A stretch of DNA of 60,454 bases, the filler included, from Sphacelaria rigidula (taxonomy: Eukaryota): assembly GCA_964200075.2 (NCBI GenBank). It is 5 parts of 5 records of this genome, joined end to end, with 100 filler letters (N's around TTAATTAATTAA, not from the genome) between each part and the next. Parts side by side here need not be neighbours in the genome. Positions count along the whole stretch, not along the records: positions 36,336 to 48,345 come from CAXNAA020004233.1; positions 48,446 to 60,454 come from CAXNAA020004234.1; 3 more parts are not named here. The stretch is one strand, 5' to 3'. The notes under the pieces were generated by a model, which saw only the letters and a list, made by a program, of their open reading frames with translations, ran no database searches and was not told the DNA's origin. The position numbers and the translations under genes were made by a program. This document shows positions 36,918-48,683 of this stretch, in pieces; the first letter of the stretch is position 1; every line of letters starts with the position of its first letter.

Positions 36918-39900
36918 CTCACAGTATCCTCAGGAGAGGCAGGTTCTCCTTCCAAAAGGTCGGGACATGTTCTGACTAACTTGAATGTCTTACAACAGTG
37001 TAGCAGCCACAAGTCAAATGCCCCGCATTTTTCACAACCGCACGGAGCCGGCCCCTTGAGAGGAGCGGGGGCTTTTTCAGTGGTTTTTTCCTTGTGTTTA
37101 TATTTGTTTTTTTGTCCTGCCACAAAATGGATAATTGTTCACATGATACTCCCTTCCTGCCAAGGATGTTTAACAAGAGAATGCGTTGATTCCACCTCCG
37201 GGTTGGGCGCGGTGAATGGGCGGGGGCGATATTCATGCATGGTTGGGGTATAGTTAATCATTTCTAGCAATATCTTCGTGTCGTGAGATTTGACGTGGCG
37301 GCCGTGATTCTCACCACATTGTACGATCTCCTTTTTACGTTCTTGTGCTGCCCTTTTATTGTACCCTGTCGCATGTCCAGCGGATGAATGAACGGTGTGT
37401 GTCGATTACTCCGAGCACAAGGTGTACCATGTTTAACGGAAGAGGGTTTGCGAAGAACTTCGCCTCATGAAAACGGACGCTTCACTGCGTACGTCTCGTC
37501 TTAGTCGATCTCGTTTTCGTTTGCCTCTGCTCCTACGATACAAAATGTTCGCAGTAACGTTTGTTTTTGTTCTATGCTTTGATGTTTTTCTTGTGCGATA
37601 TCGTTTGGTTTTGTTCTCTGCTTCGATTTTTATGTGCGCATGTGTTCTCCGTTGAACCACACTGTTCGGTAACAGAAGCGTGTTTATGTTTTCTTCGTTT
37701 TTCACCTACTCCAATTTTGCCCAGCTGGTGAGTTTCTTACGCGGGGACGGGTGTGCGGCAAATACCACCTCGGGAGGACTTGCCGAACCAGAGGATTCCA
37801 AAACAAATCGACGAGTTTTGGCGCGCACAGTCTGGCTCTGGTTGGATGAAAAACGGTTGCTCCTTGGAAAATGAAAGGATTGCACGATTGATTGTCATCC
37901 GATCTCAGGTCAAATTGCGCGTACTGAAAATCCCCAGCGCATTCCCGATTAGTCTCAGCACGTCGTTCCGATATTTGAACATCTACCTTATAGCGTCTTC
38001 ATGAGTGAAGGACGCTGCCGGGAGTTTGAAATAGGCACTGTTTGGTCAATACCGCGTCCTCGTTCCCGGATGAAGTAGTCTGTCTTTATTTTGTCATTCT
38101 CGTTTTCGACGATAATTCTTGTTTTCGACATGTTGAAAAATGAAGCGTTACTGTTGCTTGTTTCATGAGTTGTGTTTTTTCTTCTTCTTGTCTCCGCCCC
38201 CCCCTCATGCATGGCGCCTGTTCATGATATTTCGTCTGACCCACGCCCTGTGGACAGCGCCGGCCTATGCTTGGGAGTACAAGTGGGCGAACACCCTTTC
38301 CCGCACACAGTTCCAGAAATACACCAAGCGGGGTTACGACGTCGAGGTATGTACCGGGAAATTGTCACTTGAAGAAATACCTGAGCACTCTGAAAATATT
38401 TTCAGGCACACGTGCGCATCACGAGCAACGAACGCGGTGGCGACGGAAAGGGGAAACAAGTGCTGTTGGAAATTACTTCGTTTTGTCACGGCTTGACAGT
38501 AGCGAACAAGGCTCACCGGGGTGCGTAGAAGTGAAGAGCAGCAGTCATCCGAATTTCGCTCGATACCTGTAAGATGGAATCCGTAGACGGAAATAGTTAC
38601 TGGATATTTATTTTTGTTTTCACTCACGTTTCGTATTTGGCGATTATGGCAAAAACATAATTTTACCCCAAACTTCCCTGTGGATAGTGAGCCCCGCAGG
38701 TTTGAAGTGGAAGCATCGCTTCGCCGCGCACTTTTCGTTCTCTGCAAACATCGGCTTGTCCGCATGTTTTCTGCTCCTCGAGAGCAACGACGATCCCGCT
38801 GCCTCTTTAGTTTCAATGCCTGGTACCAGTGGATTTGGAAGAGGCACATTGATTTCCCCGAGCTGATAACCTATGCGTCGATAAGAAGTGTCACGCTCCT
38901 ACTTGACCTTACTGCAACGCACTGATGATATTGTCAGTACTGCCATGTCTATGCGTGCAGTGACGAGCAAAGCACGCCAACGGCGGCCATGAGAACATTT
39001 GAAAACTAACCCCGAATGACCCCTTCCTTCTCCTTTGGAAGCAATAGCTCGACACCAAGTTCATTGTCTTGAGCCCTCGCAGAAGCATCTCGTTCTCAAC
39101 GACTACCTTCTCGCGCGTTCTTGTGTAGGTTGCCACGCCATATTCCCCAAGGACGTTTCTGGGCGTACCACGGGTGATGTGCTTGCCTCCTTTATCTAAT
39201 CGATGTTTCTCACGGCGCGATGGTGACGTGATCGCACACATTTCCCACACTTGAGCCTGAGGACGTATGGTCATGCTCTGTATCCTATGCATCCCCTTCT
39301 GAGGAAGCTGACATATACGTCATCATCCACAATGTTGTTTCACATCATGTGCGAATTCGGAGACTCTGGCGTGCTTCTGCACATGGTTCTCTCCCAAATG
39401 TGGATGGAAGCACGCTTCGAACCCTCCATATGCTACGCGGGGGCTCAAAACCATCGTTCGACCCCTCACAAGTCCAATTTTACGCCTACAACGGTGGTCA
39501 TAATCCGCACAAATCCTCCAAAACTGAGAATATATCCTTCTACAAATTTTGACTCTGTTGTTGGCTTCATTTGTTTGTATGCGTGTCAACACCGCACCCC
39601 TTCGTCCTTGCTGTCATTCTCTCGCTGGGGACTCGTATCAACAGGTGGAAATTTACCACGGGAAACATACTCGGCACGTTGAGGACGACGGACAGTCACT
39701 GCCTGGAAGCGAGTGGTGGGAGCGGCACAAGCTGAAAGAACTCCGCGGCAAGGATATGAACTACGCGGATTATGAGGTGAACTACCCCTCCACCGAAAAA
39801 TAACGTCGACATGCCATGTTCTCAAAGCAGTGCCTGTGCCGCAGTCTGCCGGCCTCCAACGCCCGGTCCTGGCCCAAATGAGGACATACGGAACTGCTTT

Positions 39901-40176
39901 TTCTACCGGAGCAATGTATGTTTGCGCTGGATATGGGTCCAAGCAGGTGTAAAACCTCCCATGGCGCCCACCAGCATCACTACTCTTAACACGTTGCACG
40001 TTGCACCCACGAAATGAAGCCAGAATAAATACGCACACACACAGGCAGCATAAACAGGTTGTTCCCGGTGCTGCACGAATGATCTCTTACTTACTCACCC
40101 ACAAATGTTTTTATTCGAAGGCAATTCGTTCACTGTTGCAGAGAGGGCAGTCGAGCTTGTGCCGAATAATCTACTA

Positions 40177-40310
40177 CTAGTGGTAAGCCACGGCTGACGC
40201 ACGTGGCAGCACGGCCGCAGGTACCAACGTCATGGTCCTCGCACGCGTGGTGGTTTAAACAAAATTGCGAGAAGCGAAAACGACGTTAACCATGATTAAT
40301 AAGTACAAAG
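40177..40310 (-). mobile_element. Helitron-like 3' terminus, copy 1
   Basis: Hairpin GCCACG-9nt-CGTGGC lies 6 nt before CTAG|T on the minus strand. The segment is homologous to 45491-45630. Confidence 0.55.
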
Positions 40311-40364
40311 TATAATCAAATATGAGCTTCCAGCTCAACGGCTATCATGGTAGACACATGTTAG

Positions 40365-40668
40365 ACACGCGGCCATTTGGCTATCTCCAAAATTCCTCCA
40401 GGGCGGTGAACTATTCGAGCCTCCAGAGGGACTAAACGTCTCCGGAGGGGTGCGCGGCCCTCCAAAAGAACACTTTTTTGTTTCCTCTAAAGGGATTAAA
40501 CGTATCGGAACGCTTCGTTTTACCTCCGGAGGGGTGCGCGACTCTCCAGGGCGGTAGTGTTTGGTTTCCTCCAGAGGGATTGGATGCCTGCGGAGGCGTA
40601 TTTTGCCTCTGTAGGGCCGCGCATCCCTCCGGAGGCATTTTGTGGGGTGGCTAAATGGCTGCGTGTGT
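40365..40668. mobile_element. Inverted-repeat element filled with CCTCCRGAGGG palindromic boxes
   Basis: ACACGCGGCCATTTGGCTATCTCCAAAA at the left pairs imperfectly with TTTTGTGGGGTGGCTAAATGGCTGCGTGT at the right. The same end motif recurs at about 41750-41808 and 41873-41920. Confidence 0.65.
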
Positions 40669-43600
40669 AGGGGTGCTAAACGCGGGGGGGTTGCTAGCCT
40701 CCGAAAAGTGTCCGGGCTGTTTGGCGACACTTTACTAACTATCTTGAACCATCGCCCCTTTTCCTTCGTTTCGTGCGATACACTTGATTTTAGACTACAT
40801 CCTTGACAGGGAGAAATCGTGCGTCAGGGTAACGTTATTCCTATTCAGACGCCACATACACCTCCGCACCTGTCAGACATTCCGGGGTTGGTCCTTATTT
40901 CCGCGTGCTTTTCAAGCTGACCCTCAAAACCTGCAGAAGAAATAATAATAGGCCATTGTCCGATTTTTCCTGCTGAGCGCGGGACGTGCCCTGGGAAGAG
41001 CTATAACCCAGCGGGTGCATTTGGGCTCGAAGCATACAACTCAAAAATAGCGAACATGTTCCGGCCTTGTAGTTGGTGTGAAAATAATATCAAGAGTCGT
41101 CCGTTCGTTTTTTGCCTCCAAGGAGGGTGTTAGGGTCATCACTTATCTTGTATATGCGTTCGTCGAGCAGGAGCATACTCAGAAGTACACACTCTGCTCG
41201 ACCTGCCCTTGAACTCTAGCCTAACGTCCGCGGAGCAGAAACATTATATGTGCACCCGGGTGCATCATCGGCACCTGTGTAACCCAGGATTATCGGAAAA
41301 ACACTTGTGGCTGGTCAGTGCCGCATGACCAACCCGACCGTGATTTACTTGGATCACACTTTCAAGGCAGAGCCATAACAGCCAACGCAGAGTACAGGAG
41401 TACAGTTATAGGCGCGCTTGACCCCCCAAACTGGGCAAAAAAAGAGTCACCGACCAAAATCACGAAAATACACGAACATATCGACTTTTGGGGCTTATTC
41501 AAGCTCGTCGGGTAAAATATGCCTAACGTCATCGGAAGAGAACGACATGGACCCAAAATTCATATAGAATTCTTGGCATGTTTTGGGGATTTTTCTGGGG
41601 AGGCGGGTGGTATCGCAGCGACCACTCAGCGATCGTTTTCCGAAAGAACAATGTCGAAGATTGAACCAAGAAATGGTCATGATAGATGCAGCGGGTTGCA
41701 CGACGAAACGAAATGCCGGACATTTATGTACTGTACCCTTCTACTCTTGGGACCCCTCAGGGCACACGCGGCCATTTGGCTACCCTCCAAAATGCCTCCG
41801 GAGGGATGATGATCGATGCAGGAGTGGACGAGTAAAAAACTGCCGCACACCTATGTGTTTTTTAATTGTTTTGGACCCCTCAGGGCACACGCGGCCATTT
41901 GGCTACCCTCCAAAATGCCTTCTACCAATCAGCGATCCTTTTCAACAAAGAAGAATTGAAAAAAAAGGGGGGATATATCGTTCGATGAAAAGGGCCCTGG
42001 GAGAGTACAGCAGCATGTTACTGTTATGGGCGCGCCATGTTACTGTTATGGGCGCGCCTGACCCCCCAAAATGAGCCCAGAGAGTGTCACCGACCGAAAG
42101 CACGAACAGACCGGAGATCTCGTTCATCCCCTGATTATGCACGCCGTAAAATTCCCCCAAGTACTTGTGATTTGAGTGGGGCTTCCACTCAATGATTTCC
42201 CATTTTCGTTGTCCCGGGCTACGAACCACGGCGTGCCTAGGCTACTCACCGGCGTGTATTTGTCCAAGCTACAATCTGGAAACATTGTGGAACCAAAGGA
42301 GTTATGGTGATCGAGAAAATTGCAAAAAAAACATGTTTTTCCACGTAATTTGTCATAAACTCAAATCGTAATGAGATTAAAAAAAATGATCACCGAATTT
42401 GAAGCTGCCGTCTTGGCGCAGATGATGCAGAAAATCGCAACCCAATCGATCGCCTTGGCGATGAGTAATGGGGGCAACCGTTTGGGGTACGGGCGCAAAC
42501 CAGCACCTCCAACCCTCGCCGGTTTTCACGACATGCGAAAACGTCACCCCTGTCCAACGGCCTCAGAATAAATAACACCCATGAATGACTCTTGATACTG
42601 CAGATGGTTGATACATCGCATGTGTGGAATGTTCGGCAGGTGTAGAATTTGAACCTTTGACCGAACCCCTAGAGGCTTCCGTGCCCTAGAGGCTTCCGTG
42701 TCTGCGGATATTTACCCCCATCTGTGCATCGCTTGTGATACTGGCAAGAGTAGCGCTCATTCTCCTGCACCCGGTGCCATCACCACGCCACCATCGATAG
42801 CGTAGCTTTGTATCTAATCTCACCTGGCGGCAAGTGTGGACAAACTCTGAACTGAAGGAGAAAAGAAAGCCACAGAGCATGCTAGAAGCACAGCTCCCAT
42901 GAAAAGATCCGGATTTCGGTGTTCACAATAAAGTGGAGATGGATCAACTTACCCTCCCGAATGGTCAACAATACTGCGTCAAGGCGACACAGGAGACAGC
43001 ATAAAGTCGTCAGCCCATTTTTGCTGAAGCCACATGGCACCGAAGCCCCATTCATGCCTTTCAGTGCACCAATCCGGTTCAAGACACGCGTCCGTTGTAT
43101 CGGAAGTGGTGGGTGACGACCGACGGTTTGTTTTCATTCCCTCTTGGGAAACGATATCCTAGGAGTCCTATGAAAATCATGCATATTCATGAAATGAAAA
43201 GGCATACCCACAGGGCGAGTCATTCATCCGCTGAAATTGTAGAACGATGAACATAACGAGGAGGTCGACCAACATCCGCCCAGCCTACATGACACACCGG
43301 GCGACTGTACTCCACTCGTCTGTGTAAGGGCTGCCCTCGTCGTAGTTCATCAGTACATATGGTTCTGTCGCATATTGGCCTATGATTTTGCAAAAATAAA
43401 TGGTCCAGCGTTCCCGTTTCCAGGCGGTGGGCTACAAATGTTCATGGTTGATATTACTTGGTTTGGATGTGTACAAGAAGAATCGGGTTTCAAGTCGCAC
43501 TGACAGTCCCGTGGGCTCCTCGTGTGAGTGCAACGTGTTTTCGTTGAAATCGGCGCCACAGGCGCAGATTTGGAGTCTACCAAGGCCTCACTATGTTCAG

Positions 43601-43812
43601 AGAATGTATGTACCGCCCTTGCCCGAGGGTTCTCGGTGTGCTTTTGGTTGGATCAACCCAACTAGCCTCCCGGCATTCTAGCGTATCGCAAGCATGGACG
43701 AAAAGCTACGCAGTGGCGTGCAATATATGTGGAACAACAACGGAAGTAACGGCAGGGTTCTCTCCTCTTCATTTAGAGAAGACTTCAGGAAGCGCAGGAA
43801 AAGCACTTGCTG

Positions 43813-44075
43813 AGACCCACTTTTATGGCAATGAATCTCGATTGGTACAAATTGGGGGAGATGCGGGGGTGTCCCGATTTGGGCAGAAATGTGGTGAACC
43901 AAAAGACAACGTCCATGGAATCGGAGAATTGATCTGATTTGCTCACAGCTAGCCGAAAAAAATTGCCCAACGGACTGGGGTGCGAAAAATCAATTCACGG
44001 GAGAAAACTGCCTGTAGACGGACTGAAATCCTCACAATTGTACAAATCGAGATCCGTTGCCATAAAAGTGGATCT
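43813..44075. mobile_element. Foldback / MITE
   Basis: AGACCCACTTTTATGGCAATGAATCTCGATTGGTACAA pairs with TTGTACAAATCGAGATCCGTTGCCATAAAAGTGGATCT. Confidence 0.8.
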
Positions 44076-45490
44076 AAAATCCTCTTTTGAAGAGAGATTT
44101 CCGGACACCTTGAAGGGCAACATACATGTTTGGTTGACAGTGGCGCACGTTCAAAGGCTTACCACACAACCCAACATAATCAGAGGTATTCCGAGGAATA
44201 TAACAACACGATTAAGCTTGTTTTACATATAAAGAAACTCCTGAGTTGACCTTCCTCCTGTGTGACCCCGCGACTGATGCGCCCACTTGAACCGAAAGGT
44301 GTCCACCGGCGTCCAGAATAGATGGTACAACAACACACAAACACACAAAGTATATACAGACGGTAAAGTTTGTCCGTTCAAGGCTTCGAAAACCACAACG
44401 CTGAAATCACCACATTTATTTCGTCATGAAGATGGCTTTCTGTCGGAAGCGATGATGAAATCATAACCACGGGTCTCAAAATAGGAAGAGGTGATGAAAC
44501 AGGATGGAACATACATATGGATGGTGCATCTAGTACACAATTGCCGGCCGTGAAGGAATAGCCACCCCACGCCACAAGCCAAGAGTGTAGCGTCGATAAG
44601 TAGTGACACATGAAGTGGGGAGAATGAGCGATAACGGGGGCGCAGGAAGGGCTATAGTGAGCAACCCCACCTCCAGGCGCAAAGCGATAATCAGGTGTTC
44701 GGTGAATACCACCCGTGACAGTAAAGAAAACCGCGCTCATCTTGGGACAGCGCGGTGCGAGCTGCAGAGTCTGTCGGCAATGTGTACAGTGCGAAGAACC
44801 GGCGAGAAATTTCTTATTTGGTTTACTGTCCGTCTTGGCAGCGTGTAGCGAAGGTGGACTCATATTATCGTCTCTCGTGTGCGTGGAGTGTTGTCGGTGC
44901 ATAATACAGGTGGCGGTTACAGCGAACAGTACATGTCACGTTCTTTACAACAGTACAGCCAGTAAGTACCGCGTAGGGCCGACACAGAAGTGACTTTGAA
45001 CTTCTGCCACAGTTGATTACTCCGCAGTCGGAGAGGGGTGTGGAGATAGCAACGTAATACAAGAAGGACGCTATTCCGTGAAAAGCTCACCCGAGCAAAC
45101 AGGCAGACACCCACATAACAATCGCAACAAACAGAAGCGCGAGTTATGGTCGCCATACTCTTCTTGGACTTCATAATCTGGGTCGTGGTGAGCACTGTAT
45201 CGCAGGTACTCTTTTTCAATTTCTTGAGAGGGCTTCGCGAGAGGTGATGCTGCTGGAGGCTACAATAAAATTGTTGGTATGTTCCCACGGTATGGGACCG
45301 CGAGCGACGAAAATAATATACCGTGGCGGATGATCGAGGCGAAATCCAACAATTCGATAGTAAAAGCGTGTATAAACTAGTGTTCCCATAAGAATCATTC
45401 GTGACTTGGCCAGAGTATAGGAAATCCGGACAAGGGGCGACTTGATTGCAGTGTGCGAGCGGGGTGACATTACGTCATTGATGAATAGGA

Positions 45491-45630
45491 CTAGTGCTAA
45501 GCCGCGGCTGACGCGCGTGGCAGCAGTGCCGCAGGTTTCAACGCCATGGGTATCCTATGCGTGAAGGCTTTGAACAAAATTAATGATGAACCAAAAAATG
45601 TGACCGTGGCATCAACCATAACTAATGAAT
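45491..45630 (-). mobile_element. Helitron-like 3' terminus, copy 2
   Basis: GCCGCGGCTGACGCGCGTGGC hairpin plus CTAG, a diverged copy of 40177-40310. Confidence 0.55.
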
Positions 45631-46769
45631 GTAAGGGTCGTCATTGACCTTTAGACGGCGAGAGTAGGTCATTTATTGAATCGGCGTCAAGTTCACTTGA
45701 AAAAAGTATGCATGATCCAGATGGACTACCCTGGGCGGTGCAAGGATCGACGTTTCTTTCTCTTTATGTTTTTCATTCATTCTTATCGGTGAAAACGGAG
45801 GCAAAATAAAATCCGGTAACAACGATCCTGTAGGCAGGTCACGACTTCGAACCGCCCGGCTTGACGTAAGCATCACGAAAGAGAAGGGAAACCCTGATCG
45901 TGTTGATGCTAACCAGGCAGCGCTGCATTCATGGAGAATCTCCCCCGAGGAAGCAAGTACCAAACCGAGTAGAAAAGCACCCCGTCATTCGTCTATCCTC
46001 CCACTGGATGTATAATGACGAAGTCTATGAGCATCGATTCCTAGCCAGTCGATCCTCCTCGGCAGTAGCGAGGTGTCGGCCGCCTGTATCGCATGGGCAA
46101 CACGCTGACTGTATGCATCTACTCGGAAGCGAGGGTATTCGTTGAGAGTCATGATGACTCGTTTCTGGCGCGTGTGGAAGGCGTCGCCGTTGGCGTTGAG
46201 GATTTTGGCTGCGTTGACGTCATGCTGTTGGTATGAAACGCCTGGCGGTGGCCACTAGCGATGTTTTCGAACCCCGCTGGCCCTTTGTAACCATCATAAT
46301 AGGCCGGACAGACCCCTTTTTCACGTTCATGAGTGGATATAGTCGACACCGCCCGCCCTTGCAAGGTCATTGTAAAATTCACGATAGGCAACCCATGTCG
46401 TCAGGCGCCACCTTTCTCCTCTCTGATATCTCCTCAGTGGGTGTCTTTAGCCATTTATGTTGAGGGAAGTTTCTATCAGATCGTATATTTTTTTCCACGG
46501 CACTATCACTTTTTTTTTGTATCGCGTCTGTGAATTTCCCGCGTCCGACCATATACATATTTTTCTATTTTTTTCCTCTCATATCTTATTTTGGGTCGTC
46601 CATGTGACCACGGAAGACGTCCGCATCAAATGCCCAGTAGAGATTATTACTGCGCAGATGTTGGAACAGTTTTCATGTAAAAACAACAACGCTGGCCCAG
46701 TTTTCAGCATTTCCATAAAACATCCTTCTCCAGATTTAGGATTGTACGCCAACTATTAACCATATAAGG

Positions 46770-47140
46770 CCGCTTCTTATTTGGTCAGAAAACGGACTCT
46801 CTGAGAACTTCCCTTCTTGAGCCTTTCATCGTGGATTTTCGGCGGAATACAGGCCTTGGCGGATTGGGTCGCCTCTGACAGCTTCATTATGCTCTTCAAG
46901 AAAATTCTAGGGCATTTTTCCGATTTTCGTCGCACCGTTTTACGTTTGGCCAGATTCCCGATATTCGGGGTGACAGAAAAGGTCGGGAATCCGGCCAAAA
47001 GTAAAGTGGGCAACGAAAAATCGGGAATGTGCGATAGAATCCACTCTTGAAGAGCATTACAAATCTGCCAGAGGAGGCCCCTATTCCGTCGAGGCCCGTA
47101 TTCCGCCCAAAAGCCGGGATGAAAGGCTCAGGAAGAGCAG
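46770..47140. mobile_element. Foldback MITE family C
   Basis: TGAGCCTTTCATC...ATGCTCTTCAAGA...TTGGCCAGATTCCCGA pairs with TCGGGAATCCGGCCAA...TCTTGAAGAGCAT...GATGAAAGGCTCA. Confidence 0.85.
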
Positions 47141-48345
47141 TCATAAGATAATCCACTTTATGACTACTACTCGATCGTATGAGAAGTGCCTACGGGTTAA
47201 TTGTTTAGTCGAGAAGTTTATTCGACTATTAAAATCATAAAATCAGTTTGCTGTTGATTGTTAACTGACCTACACGTTTCACCGCTGCGAGACAGACAGC
47301 TGCGATCATGAACAACTGCCAACCGCTGAGGATACAGCCGTCAGTGCTGGCTTAGTTTGATTGCCCTAACCTGCACGCACCCGACTTGTCTGTCTTACTG
47401 TACTCGATCACAGCACCCGCCTTTTGACGGCGAGAGTAGGTCATCATGTCGACATGTCATCAAATTCGCTTGAGGAAAGTATATGCATGATCCTGATGGA
47501 CTACCCACCACGCCGTCCAAACGTCTGACTGATCGAGAGTGCCCAATAAAAAACCTCCAAGATCCTTTGTACCCCCTCCCCTCCTCCTGCAGTCGTAAGG
47601 ATTTTTTTTTCACATTGAGAAACGCTCAATAAATAGCCATTTCAGGGTGACTTGGGTGAGGTAGCGCCCATGACTGTTGACCCTATCTGCCATCACAACC
47701 TTGGACGCAAATTGGCGGTGCAGAAAAATGCATTTAGCTTGATCGAGTACGCCTTGCAGAGCATTGTGGTATTTGTCTAGTCTTGTTCTTGTCGTAGAAG
47801 TGTGATATGCAATGTAGTGCCGAAACTCATGAATATAACTTGGCCTTGGCTCTGAAGGTATGCGAAGAATTGAAGCTTCATCAACACGATTTTTTTTCTT
47901 TCTATATATACTTTTATTTTTTATTTTTTATGTTTTATTCATGTATGGGATTTAGTAACCCCTCCCCCCCCCCCCGAAAACACCTAGGATTGAAAAAATC
48001 GGCATAGGGCCTCGCATTGTTTTCGGGGGGACTCCTGGACTGACCCATAAAACTCCCAAAAGTTAGCCCTTATTAGACCGCCGTGCGCGTATTCTATTAG
48101 GATCACGCATCCTTTTTCTAATAAGATTGATGCCGATCCAGCAGGTGACCTACCCTCACGGTTTAGGGGGGTCAAGGGAAATTTCATTCTTTATATACTT
48201 GTTACTTTTATTTTTATTCATGTATGTGATTTAGTACCCCCCCCTCCCCCCCCTCCCCCCCCCCCCCCCCCAAAAAATAAAAAAAACAAAAAAATGCAAA
48301 AAGGCGGGGTTGGGGAAAAGGGGTAGATCTGGGGGGTGGCGATTA

Positions 48346-48445
48346 NNNNNNNNNNNNNNNNNNNNNNNNNNNNNNNNNNNNNNNNNNNNTTAATTAATTA
48401 ANNNNNNNNNNNNNNNNNNNNNNNNNNNNNNNNNNNNNNNNNNNN
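48346..48445. other. Artificial contig linker
   Basis: Same linker structure. Confidence 0.98.
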
Positions 48446-48555
48446 CAAAGCCCTGCACTCTGGGGGCGGTGTACTCCTTATCATGCATGCCATAGTCATC
48501 AGACCATTGACCTCGCATCCCTACAAAGCCCGGACGGAGTACGCCGGGGGGTTTT
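48446..48555 (+). repeat. Dispersed repeat family A fragment in the last RPL35A intron
   Basis: CCATTGACCTCGCATCCCTACAAAGCCCGGACGGAGTACGCCGGG. Confidence 0.8.
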
Positions 48556-48683
48556 TGGAGAGGAGGGGGGGGCTATCTTGGAAAGTGTCGCACATGCACG
48601 AGCACAAGACACGACGGGAACCGCCGGGTCAGCACCCTGAATACCTCACGAAAACAAACATCCTTTTTCTCCAGCAATCTCAC

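Noticed and set aside
12013-48445. Regular ~12.1-kb spacing of TTAATTAATTAA, and the apparent inverted pair of family B MITEs across 24125-24224
   Set aside because: Artefact of concatenating size-sorted contigs with linkers.
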